Origin: Candidatus Nanohalobium sp.
GTDB lineage: Archaea > Nanohalarchaeota > Nanosalinia > Nanosalinales > Nanosalinaceae
NCBI GenBank assembly: GCA_042217555.1
Contig: JBDGSL010000033.1
Location: forward strand, 865-64,864
Length of the DNA: 64,000 bases
Direction: 5' to 3'
A program made the position numbers and the translations under genes. The stretch's first letter is position 1. Every line of letters starts with the position of its first letter. This document shows, piece by piece, positions 1 to 8,318 of this stretch. The notes below the pieces were generated by a model. It saw only the letters and a list, made by a program, of their open reading frames with translations. It ran no database searches and was not told the origin of the DNA.

Positions 1-282
1 GTAGCTGGACACGGAGAATTTGATTTGGCGACAACAGAAGGAAGAATGATAGCGCATAGCTTCAGCACAGACAGTGTATGGGAAAAATACAGGAAAGAAC
101 TGTATAACGGATATGAGAATGTAAGGAATTTGGAGGACGGTTGGGAGGAGAGAAGACAGTTATATCTCCTATATCCTATGACTCTGGAAATGGCTTTCCA
201 CTCAAAGAAAAGTCCGAATACAGAAGAAGTAATCAAGAACAGAACAAGAAAAATTTTAGATAATTTTCACCATAGAAACTAA
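1..282 (+). CDS. C-terminal part of an APH/fructosamine-kinase-like phosphotransferase (5' end outside window)
   Basis: Frame 1 is open from base 1: GHGEFDLA...GYENVRNLEDGWEERRQLYLLYP, resembling the C-terminal pattern of fructosamine/aminoglycoside kinase families. Confidence 0.5.
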   Translation, partial: VAGHGEFDLATTEGRMIAHSFSTDSVWEKYRKELYNGYENVRNLEDGWEERRQLYLLYPMTLEMAFHSKKSPNTEEVIKNRTRKILDNFHHRN

Positions 283-287
283 AAAAT

Positions 288-1223
288 TTGTCTGCTCGAA
301 TAGACATTACAACCCTTCGGGGTTCACCAGGGATTGTGGGCTTTCGAACCCATCATCCCACACTCGGAAAGGAGCTTAACGGTTTCACTGATAGAGACGA
401 CGAGAACTTCTTCGCAGAAAAGTTCAACAAGGAACTGGAGAAGAATATTACTGAAGCCTGGTTTCAGAACCCTGATCTAGGCGTTAAAGGAAAGGCAGAC
501 CTAGTAGTTTCGGAGAACACAATTGTTGATTACAAGAGCGGTGGCAGGAAAACCGCATCAAGCCTAGTCAGAAAATCCAACTTGGAGTTGCTGGATAGAA
601 AGCCGAACTTCCAGGCAATGCTTTACCTAGCGCAGCTCCGAGCCGCAAACCCTGGCGAAAAATTGGAGTTCACGTTCTTCCACTTCCTGGACAATCTTGA
701 CGATGAGATGTCAGGAGGCGGAGAACTAGACGACAACATCGTAACGATCTCATACTTCCCAAGCCGTTTCAACGAGGCTTTGCCTCATGAAGATGTTCGG
801 GATTATCTTTACAGCTCCAAGAAACGCAGGAGGCTGATAGATAATCTAGGTGAAAAAGGCTATAGTTCAGTCATGGAAAACCTTCAGATAGAGCCGGAAG
901 CGCAGTACGACAAAGACCTTGCACTAGAGAAACATCTCGAAGAGTTCATCGAGCTCTGTCGAAGCCACGTAGTTATAGGTAGAGGAGATGGAAAGCTGAC
1001 AGAAAACCAGCTGGAAAAAGGATGCAAATCAGTACTCAAACAACTAGTCTACTTCAGAAAAGAGAACTACTTCAAGGAAGACCTCGACGCATTCCAAGAA
1101 TTCCTTCAAGAAGAACTAGATAACCTGTCGCAGTTCCAACTGGACGGCTTCCCGCTCGAAAACTCGCTTGAAATCGAGATCGATCACTCAGATCTAGACC
1201 ACGGAGACATGATACCTAGATGA
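288..1223 (+). pseudogene. 5'-truncated AddB-like PD-(D/E)XK nuclease (C-terminal ~290 aa only)
   Basis: GVKGKADLVV..IVDYKSG..PNFQAMLY..FTFFHFL aligns with the C-terminus of the 853-aa ORF at 28752-31313; similarity starts near nt 370 and the N-terminal ~560 aa are absent. Confidence 0.7.
311..359. repeat. two adjacent hairpins at the truncation point of the AddB-like fragment
   Basis: AACCC-TTCG-GGGTT (311-324) and GGGAT..TGGG-CTTTCGAA-CCCA..ATCCC (330-359). Confidence 0.6.
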
Positions 1224-1296
1224 AATTTTTCAGAAAAATGAAAGAGTTCTCAGAAAATTGAAAACGTTTTTAAGATTTTGAATATAATAAGGTTGT

Positions 1297-1938
1297 ATGA
1301 GCCCAACCAGAAAAACATCAGAAAAAAAGAATTTCATGAATTTACTGGCTACAGACTATAAACAGGAAGTATTAGAGGTACTTCTAGATAAACCTAGTTA
1401 CATGTTTACTGTAAACGAATTAGCCAATAATGTTTCTGGCTCTTACAACAGCGTAAACAAGTTCCTAAGACAACTAGAAGAGTTCGATATCGTGAGTTTT
1501 CAGAAAAAAGGCGGAAGCCACCTAGTACAATACAACCAAGACTCTAGGTATCATAATGTAATTAAAACTCTCTTAAGAGCCGACAACAAACCTCTTGAAG
1601 AAGCAGCTGAGAAATACGCCGAAAAACTGTATTCTGATCTAGGTCTAGAAGATCAAATCAAGTCAATCTTATTATTCGGTTCGGTGGCAAGAGGAACTGC
1701 AGGACCAAATTCAGATATAGATATTCTTGTACTGGTAGAGGAAGACACCGATGTAGGAAAAATCAAAAATAAGGCAAGAAACCAGGCCCAAAAAGTTCAA
1801 TTGGAATTTGAAGTAGTTCCAGTCGTCGAAAGCGTAAAAGAATTCAGAAATAATCTGGCGCACGGCAAAAGATTCGAAACCAACGTATCAAAAGATGGAA
1901 TAGTCCTAAAAGGTGAAGAACTTGAGTTCAAGGATTGA
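1297..1938 (+). CDS. wHTH-fused minimal nucleotidyltransferase (MNT antitoxin)
   Basis: N-terminal wHTH (FTVNELANNVSGSYNSVNKFLRQLEE); LFGSVARG..SDIDILV nucleotidyltransferase motif. Confidence 0.85.
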   Translation: MSPTRKTSEKKNFMNLLATDYKQEVLEVLLDKPSYMFTVNELANNVSGSYNSVNKFLRQLEEFDIVSFQKKGGSHLVQYNQDSRYHNVIKTLLRADNKPLEEAAEKYAEKLYSDLGLEDQIKSILLFGSVARGTAGPNSDIDILVLVEEDTDVGKIKNKARNQAQKVQLEFEVVPVVESVKEFRNNLAHGKRFETNVSKDGIVLKGEELEFKD

Positions 1939-2317
1939 AGAATCACTTACAGAAGCAGAATCCTATCTGACAGCAGCAAACAAACAGTACGAAAAAGCGT
2001 TAGAAAGCGGAACTTGGAATCCCGTAATCGTCAGCTGCATAATGGCGATGATCAAGTCAATTGATGCATTGATGCTTGAATATAGAAACGACACTAATCA
2101 AGATCACTCCAAAACAGCAAACGAACTTCAAAGACTATACGAAGACGGCCTAATATCAGACAGCTTCAAATCCAACATCGACTCAGTAAGGAAATGGGTA
2201 GTAGACGAGAAAACCGACATACAGTACAGAAACAAATCCGTCTCCCAGACAGAAGCCGACAGAGCCATAAAATCAGCAGAAAGACTTCTCAAAAAGACCA
2301 GAAAAGAATTAGAATGA
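1913..2317 (+). CDS. HEPN-domain protein (toxin partner of MNT)
   Basis: 134-aa helical protein overlapping the MNT gene; EAESYL..A, DH, QYR and AIKSAERLL pattern typical of short archaeal HEPNs. Confidence 0.7.
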   Translation: MKNLSSRIEESLTEAESYLTAANKQYEKALESGTWNPVIVSCIMAMIKSIDALMLEYRNDTNQDHSKTANELQRLYEDGLISDSFKSNIDSVRKWVVDEKTDIQYRNKSVSQTEADRAIKSAERLLKKTRKELE

Positions 2318-5103
2318 CAGAATTTTCTCCCAATGATGAACAACTGGAACTGATCGAAAGCATCGACGGAATCTACAAGGTGGATGCAGGAGCAGGAACA
2401 GGCAAGACCTTCACGATAACAAGAAGATACGCTCACATACTGGAACAGGCAGACGTTGAGCCAGAAGATATTCTGCTTCTAACATTTACCAATAATGCTG
2501 CGGAGGAGATGAAGGAGCGGATCATCAACCACTGCAGCTACGACATGAAAAACCTGCGTGGCGAAGATCAGAATCTTCTTGGAGCAGACACCTACCGGAG
2601 TCTGCGTGAAGCACCAATATCTACATTCCACAGCTTGGCCAAAAAAATAATTACGGAAAACGGATTTGAAGCGCCAATATACCTAGGGATCGACGACCAC
2701 GTAACAAGCTCAACAAGACTAATTGAAAACGAAGTCCTGGAAAAACAGGAGTTCCGAAAGTTCATAAACAACTTCATAGAGGAAAACCCACAGTACAACA
2801 ACCTCTACAGAATTCTCTACGACTACAGCGAACTTCTCAGCCTGATTAAATCTCTCGCAGCAAAAGGTATAGTTCCAACTGAGGAAGGCTGGTACCGGAA
2901 CTCAGAAAGATACCTGGATGGAGACTTCGAAGAGTTCCAGGAACTTTTTGAGGAGATGAACGAACCAGGACAAGGATCTAGAGGCCCTACACAATCGGAT
3001 TTCCTGAAGAAAGCCGGAGGAATTTTCAGGAATAAGTGTCTGCCAGGGGACGCACCAGGTTATGGAGATGTAAAGGCTTCAAAACAGATTAAACCGGAGT
3101 ACGGCGAGAAGGCTTTCCAAGAGAATCGGGAAGAGCTGAAGCAGTTCATACATGACATCTACTTCGAATACCTCGAGTACTGTCTCTCCCACAACTATCT
3201 GAACTTCAACTTCCTACTAGTGTTTGCCTATGCTCTACTCTGTGAAGACGACGAACTACGTGAAGAACTCAGCTTCAAGTACTCGATGATCGACGAGTTC
3301 CAGGACACTAATGAAATTCAGTTCAAGGTTGCAATGCTTCTATCAGAAGGTAATATGGCGGTAGTCGGTGACTGGAAACAATCTATTTACAGCTTCCAAT
3401 ACGCCAATGTCGACAATATACGAGAGTTCAAAGAAAGGCTTCAAAAGTACAAAGAGGAGCTCAACCAGGATCAGAACAGGATAAGCTATGCTGTAGACGA
3501 TGCGGAAAGAATAGACTTGAAGCAGAACTACAGGTCTACACAGGAAATACTTGGCTTCTCTGAAGATAGCTTAACACTGCCTGGAAAAGACGGCGAAGAC
3601 GTAGAGGAGAAAGATATTGTTTCTCTAGAAACCAATAAGGAAGGACACAATACCTCGATAAGTAAGCTGAAGTCGGAAAATGAGTTAGAAGCAATACTTC
3701 ACAAGATTCAAGAAGTAGTCGAAAATCTGAATTATAGCTTGGAGGAAGAAGATCGGCCGCCCAGGTACGAGGATATTGCTATTTTAACCCGTACCAGGAA
3801 CTTTGGTCTGGAACTACAGGAAAAGGCCGAGGAGTACGGTATTCCGATTGCATATGAAGGTGGAGTAGAACTCTTCAAGACGAGGCCGGCTATTCTGCTT
3901 CTGGCGTGGCTCCGAGTACTCAACTACAGAAACTCAAGCAAAGGTTGGGCGGTAATACTAGAAGAGGCAGACTACAACTTGGCAGAAGTCGAACACATAC
4001 TCGAAAAAGGCGAGTACCCGGACGAGATGCTAGAGTTCAGATCAAAGCTTGAACAATTAGACGATGTATCAGCTATAGCCAGAAAAGTATTCTCCAGATA
4101 CGGAATCGAAAACGGTTTCTCCGACAAGGTTACACAGGTCCTTCAAGACACGTTTGATTCCAGTTACAAGAACCGGGGGGACCTGATCAGGTTCATAGAA
4201 GAAAGCATTGAAGAAGGAGAAACCTACGAAGTAGACGACTCCAAACCAGAAGCAGTAACAGTACAGACCATCCACTCAGCCAAAGGACTGGAATACCCAA
4301 TAGTATTTGTCTCAGACATAAACCAGAGACACTTCCCTTCCAACCAAGGAAGTAACTCAAGAATCATCTACGAAGATCCGGTAGGGCTGAGACAGAAGAA
4401 GATTTACTCTGAGGAAAACAGTTATCTCTATGATAACTGGAAAGCCAGTCTGGTTTCAAAGGTACTTACCGGAGACTACGATGAAGAGCGCCGACTCATG
4501 TATGTGGCGATGACAAGAGCTGAACAACATCTCTTCTTCACAGCAGAAACCGATAACGAAAGCCTATTCTTCGAACATCTAAATCTAGAGGCGGAGGAAA
4601 TAAGTCCTGAACTAGAAAAGACAGAATTTCACAGTGAGAAGGGAAAAAAGCTAGAGTTAGATAAACCAGAGGATAAAGCTCCGGTGAAGCGTTCAGTGCA
4701 CGCAGTAATGGAACTAGATGAAACTGCCAGAGGCAGAGGACCAGAATTCGGAACCAAAGTGCATGAGTTTGCAGAGAAGTATGCTAAAGGAGAAAAAGTC
4801 GAGCCAAGCAATGAAGACGAGGAAAACGTTGCCGAATACATCGACTCCTTGGAAGGAGACTTACGCCCTGAGATCCCGATCAAAGTTCCGACCGAAGAAG
4901 ACGGCAGAAAGGTAGTCTATCACGGAGTCATCGATCTTCTGCATATCACAGATAACGAAGTAGAGATAATCGACTGGAAGACAGACTTGTCAAAAGTAAA
5001 CCATGATGAATATGAGAAGCAGCTTGAAATATATGAAGAAGGAATTAAGAAGGTATTTGATCAGGAAGTTCAGAAAGAGATATTATATACAGAAGATCTT
5101 TAG
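2314..5103 (+). CDS. UvrD/AddA-like SF1 helicase with C-terminal PD-(D/E)XK nuclease (island copy)
   Basis: AGAGTGKT, DEFQD, VGDWKQSIY, NYRS, TIHSAKGLEYP, EERRLMYVAMTRA; C-terminal GTKVHE..GVIDLL..IDWKT. Probable start ATG 2314 overlaps the HEPN stop (ATGA). Confidence 0.9.
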   Translation: MTEFSPNDEQLELIESIDGIYKVDAGAGTGKTFTITRRYAHILEQADVEPEDILLLTFTNNAAEEMKERIINHCSYDMKNLRGEDQNLLGADTYRSLREAPISTFHSLAKKIITENGFEAPIYLGIDDHVTSSTRLIENEVLEKQEFRKFINNFIEENPQYNNLYRILYDYSELLSLIKSLAAKGIVPTEEGWYRNSERYLDGDFEEFQELFEEMNEPGQGSRGPTQSDFLKKAGGIFRNKCLPGDAPGYGDVKASKQIKPEYGEKAFQENREELKQFIHDIYFEYLEYCLSHNYLNFNFLLVFAYALLCEDDELREELSFKYSMIDEFQDTNEIQFKVAMLLSEGNMAVVGDWKQSIYSFQYANVDNIREFKERLQKYKEELNQDQNRISYAVDDAERIDLKQNYRSTQEILGFSEDSLTLPGKDGEDVEEKDIVSLETNKEGHNTSISKLKSENELEAILHKIQEVVENLNYSLEEEDRPPRYEDIAILTRTRNFGLELQEKAEEYGIPIAYEGGVELFKTRPAILLLAWLRVLNYRNSSKGWAVILEEADYNLAEVEHILEKGEYPDEMLEFRSKLEQLDDVSAIARKVFSRYGIENGFSDKVTQVLQDTFDSSYKNRGDLIRFIEESIEEGETYEVDDSKPEAVTVQTIHSAKGLEYPIVFVSDINQRHFPSNQGSNSRIIYEDPVGLRQKKIYSEENSYLYDNWKASLVSKVLTGDYDEERRLMYVAMTRAEQHLFFTAETDNESLFFEHLNLEAEEISPELEKTEFHSEKGKKLELDKPEDKAPVKRSVHAVMELDETARGRGPEFGTKVHEFAEKYAKGEKVEPSNEDEENVAEYIDSLEGDLRPEIPIKVPTEEDGRKVVYHGVIDLLHITDNEVEIIDWKTDLSKVNHDEYEKQLEIYEEGIKKVFDQEVQKEILYTEDL
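2554..2608. repeat. 48-bp in-frame double-hairpin insertion flanked by a 7-bp direct repeat
   Basis: CTGCGTG at 2554-2560 and 2602-2608; internal GAAGAT-CAGA-ATCTTC and GCAGAC-N10-GTCTGC; absent from the paralog at 31377. Confidence 0.75.
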
Positions 5104-5126
5104 GTTTTTGCCAGGTTGTAGGTAAA

Positions 5127-5186
5127 AAAGTGTGTATTCAGAATAAACACTTTAGAAGGAAAGTGTGTCTTGTCAGTACACACTTT
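5127..5186. promoter_or_regulatory. tandem 27-bp palindromic sites AAAGTGT-N13-ACACTTT
   Basis: Copies at 5127-5153 and 5160-5186 with identical arms and spacing, upstream of the PIN gene. Confidence 0.6.
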
Positions 5187-5289
5187 TGGTACCACAAGTA
5201 ATCGACTCCAAGCTTGTAAAAATTCTCAGTTTTTCATTGCCTACGTAAGGATTGTAAAAACAAGATCAAAATCTCAATATAGATAAATT

Positions 5290-5694
5290 GTGGAAAAAGT
5301 ATACGTAGACACCAACATCTTCCTTGACGCACTCAAGGACAGGACCAGCAGAAACGGCAGAGATCTAGGCACTCCTGCAATGAGCGTATTTTCTCAGGCA
5401 AAACACGGCAGATTCAAGATCATAGTCTCAGACTGGACTCTCCAAGAACTAGGTAAACATATAGAAACAGAAAAAGTCAAGGAGCTTTTTTCCGATATTG
5501 GAGAAGAACAGATTATTCGCTGCAGCTACAGCGAAGAACAGAAAAAGAAGGCAAAAGACTCCTCAAATCACTGGGAGGATTATTTACACGGTTTAGTAGC
5601 TGATGAAGAAGATGCGGACTGTATAGTAACTCGTAATGTTGATGACTTTAGAATTCTCTCAGGAGTCAAGGCCAAACTCCCTGGACAACTCTGA
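5290..5694 (+). CDS. PIN-domain (VapC-like) ribonuclease
   Basis: VYVDTNIFLD...QEL...EDYLH..IVTRNVDDF acidic tetrad. Confidence 0.85.
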   Translation: MEKVYVDTNIFLDALKDRTSRNGRDLGTPAMSVFSQAKHGRFKIIVSDWTLQELGKHIETEKVKELFSDIGEEQIIRCSYSEEQKKKAKDSSNHWEDYLHGLVADEEDADCIVTRNVDDFRILSGVKAKLPGQL

Positions 5695-6765
5695 GGAATC
5701 CATGTCTTCAAGCTCCTCTCTCCGTTCTTCCTTTTCTTCTTCCGATATCTCTTCGGCTGAACCCTGTAACTCCTCAAGCTCTTCATCGACTTCAGGCTTC
5801 TCAACAGCATCCTTGTGCAGCGAAATAAGTTCTGTCAATGCTTGCTCTACCTCGTCTCTCTTCTCCAGTTTCTCTTTTTCTGTCCTGGATTTAACAACTT
5901 CTTCGTCATAGTGCTCCGCCATGTCTTCTTGTAGACAGTAGAAAGCGATTAACTCCCAGAACTCCTCGAACGTGGTGGATACCTGTGATCTGTTGAACCG
6001 ATCTTCAACTAGATCAGGCGCGACCGCAATAAAGTCTACCAGGTCCTCTTCAACTTCATCATCAAGCTCCGGAGTCTTCGCTAAGAAGCTGTAAAGCTTT
6101 CTCTCAAACACTGAACTATCTTCAATATCTCCTGCCAGCAACTCTAGTATTTCTTCTTTTAGTTGGTATAGTTCCATGCCTTCCTCGTCATACTGCTTTC
6201 TTCGAGCCTCTCTAAATCCAAGCTCACCGTATTCTTCAACAGTATCCTCAACTGCTTCATCAATTTCCTCCTCACTGAAATCAGGACCGAAATCAACAGG
6301 GCCTACATTGTTAGCATCTCCAGGAGTAAAGTTCATAGGAGTGATAGAACCGTACTGATACCGGCCATATGGAAGACCTAAATCCAGCTTCTTAACCACT
6401 TTAACAGCAATCTTCTGATACATCAACTTCCCAGGAGTCTTACCAAACTGATCTCTGTACTCTTCCAAAATCTTGTCAAACAAGGCCTTAAACTTCTCCT
6501 TTTCATCATTCTTGAGCGGAAGCTCAAAGTATGCTTCTTTATCTTCGTACTCGGAAACATAGAACTCTCTAGTACGACCAGACTTATCTTCCTTAACTAT
6601 ACCTGCATCTCTAAGTTCCTCTAGATACTTTGTTACGCTCTGTCTATCAGCATTCACCGCATCAGAAATCTCCTGAATACTCTGCGGATCATTAGTGAGA
6701 GCTCCGGCAATATCGCCGACAAGCTCACGAGAAGATCTTTTTCCCATATATGTCACAATTGTCAC
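5659..6765 (-). CDS. wHTH protein with possible Panacea/DUF4065-like middle domain
   Basis: N-terminal QSIQEISDAVNADRQSVTKYLEELRDAGIV wHTH; KLMYQKI..GRYQYGSITP only loosely resembles the Panacea motif. Confidence 0.6.
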   Translation of the reverse strand: MTIVTYMGKRSSRELVGDIAGALTNDPQSIQEISDAVNADRQSVTKYLEELRDAGIVKEDKSGRTREFYVSEYEDKEAYFELPLKNDEKEKFKALFDKILEEYRDQFGKTPGKLMYQKIAVKVVKKLDLGLPYGRYQYGSITPMNFTPGDANNVGPVDFGPDFSEEEIDEAVEDTVEEYGELGFREARRKQYDEEGMELYQLKEEILELLAGDIEDSSVFERKLYSFLAKTPELDDEVEEDLVDFIAVAPDLVEDRFNRSQVSTTFEEFWELIAFYCLQEDMAEHYDEEVVKSRTEKEKLEKRDEVEQALTELISLHKDAVEKPEVDEELEELQGSAEEISEEEKEERREELEDMDSSELSREFGLDS

Positions 6766-6852
6766 AAACCTTTAATAAGAATGTTGCTATTTACTACCTG
6801 ATTTATTTCATGCTTCTAAATAACCATATTTTTAAGAATTAATGACGAATAA

Positions 6853-7038
6853 TTGCACGAAAGAGGATTAAATAAAATGGCCAATCTAAAAGAAGCTGCT
6901 ATCACGGTTATCGCTGCAGGTCTCCTTGGAATCTTCGGACTAAGTTTCGCAGTAGGTGGCGCAAACTCGGATAACAATATCCTGATGCTAATCGGCATTT
7001 TCATGCTAGGTACAGGATACTACTATTGGCACAACTAG
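6853..7038 (+). CDS. small two-TM membrane protein
   Basis: 61 aa with two hydrophobic stretches; probable start ATG 6877. Confidence 0.55.
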   Translation: MHERGLNKMANLKEAAITVIAAGLLGIFGLSFAVGGANSDNNILMLIGIFMLGTGYYYWHN

Positions 7039-7094
7039 AGGAATTCGCAGAGCCATATAAACCTATGATACCTTAGATAGACCAAGACTTAGCC

Positions 7095-7439
7095 TTGATA
7101 ATAACGGGATCTATTTTGGGCTTAGCAACTTCTTTCATATACTCTACTGGACATAACGCTTTCTTGAGTCGAGGAAACTTTCAGTCCAAGACATCTGCCA
7201 CAGAGATAAGATCAGCAGTAATACTGCTTACAGGCCTCCTAACACCAGTAATCCACAAAAATATCTCAATACCGCTCTCCTACCAAATAGGGACACTATC
7301 ACTAGCAGGCCTAGTAATAATACTCGTCGCCAGCCTCAACAACAAAGAAGTCACCAACTGGAAATTCCAGAGCAAAAGCTCAGCAGAAATCTACGAAATA
7401 GGCCTTCTGTTGATGTTGGCAGATTTCTTAGTATTATAA
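7095..7439 (+). CDS. small multi-TM membrane protein
   Basis: 114 aa with 3-4 hydrophobic segments. Confidence 0.5.
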   Translation: MIITGSILGLATSFIYSTGHNAFLSRGNFQSKTSATEIRSAVILLTGLLTPVIHKNISIPLSYQIGTLSLAGLVIILVASLNNKEVTNWKFQSKSSAEIYEIGLLLMLADFLVL

Positions 7440-7448
7440 TTTACTAAA

Positions 7449-8318
7449 CTAAAGATCACTTAATCTCTGCTGACTTCCTGAGAGATCTTCTATAAGACTC
7501 TGACACATTTTTTGGAAAGAGTTGCTTGTACTGACATAGTACCTTCTATCCGCTTCTGCTACCTTCTTAATGTCGTCCTCGAAAGCTCTATCTTCCATCA
7601 TATCTAACACATTTTTGGCCTTATTTCTCAGTGTTTTCTTCTCAGAAGGATGTAGACTGCCCCACGCGCCATGGATGTCATCCAATAAATCGTCGATCTC
7701 TAATTCTAAATCTGCGTCTTCAGGATTAGATATAGACCGGGACATAATCTCCTGAACCATTTTTTCTGCTATTAATGCCTCGCTATCATCTCCTAAGAAA
7801 GGAACATAGCCTGTAGGAATCTTACTAACATTGAGATCATCAAACTCTCCATTCAAATTTGCATCCTGAAATGCGTTCTCAATCTTGAGAGTTTCGTCAT
7901 CAAGTACAAGTACAGCCGAGTTAGTATCGATATGAGGTAGACTTTCTTCTATATTTGAATTGCCGACATAGATCGTCTCATGGGTTAATTTTGAGACATC
8001 ATAGACATCTACATCTCTCAAGTCTTCTGATTTCACTTTTTCATATTCATCTATAGTATCTTGAGAAAGAGTACCGCTTTTACATTCAGTGATTAATGTG
8101 TGGAGTTCTGAGTTTGAGGCAAAAATTACATCCGGATTTATCTTTCCGCCTTGGTAGGCGATTCGAGCTTCAATTGTATCCAGGTCATAACCTGCTTCTT
8201 TAAGCGGTGAAGGCCATTCGGGCCCGCCTTTGGAGAAACCAACCATTGCATTTGTTAGTTTAGTGTGCTGTGATATCTTCGCCAGAATCATCACCTCGTA
8301 AATTAGCTCTTGAATCAA
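7449..8318 (-). CDS. PD-(D/E)XK restriction-endonuclease-like protein
   Basis: INPDVIF...LITECKSG motif; true start may be 8291 or 8246. Confidence 0.65.
   Translation of the reverse strand: MIQELIYEVMILAKISQHTKLTNAMVGFSKGGPEWPSPLKEAGYDLDTIEARIAYQGGKINPDVIFASNSELHTLITECKSGTLSQDTIDEYEKVKSEDLRDVDVYDVSKLTHETIYVGNSNIEESLPHIDTNSAVLVLDDETLKIENAFQDANLNGEFDDLNVSKIPTGYVPFLGDDSEALIAEKMVQEIMSRSISNPEDADLELEIDDLLDDIHGAWGSLHPSEKKTLRNKAKNVLDMMEDRAFEDDIKKVAEADRRYYVSTSNSFQKMCQSLIEDLSGSQQRLSDL

Noticed and set aside
330-359. tRNA fragment or att site of the Leu island
   Set aside because: The TTCGAA loop resembles a T-arm, but the sequence does not match the tRNA-Leu 3' end or any tRNA in the window
2194-2313. 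N-terminal extension of the AddA-like ORF
   Set aside because: It overlaps the HEPN gene; similarity with the paralog begins at ATG 2314
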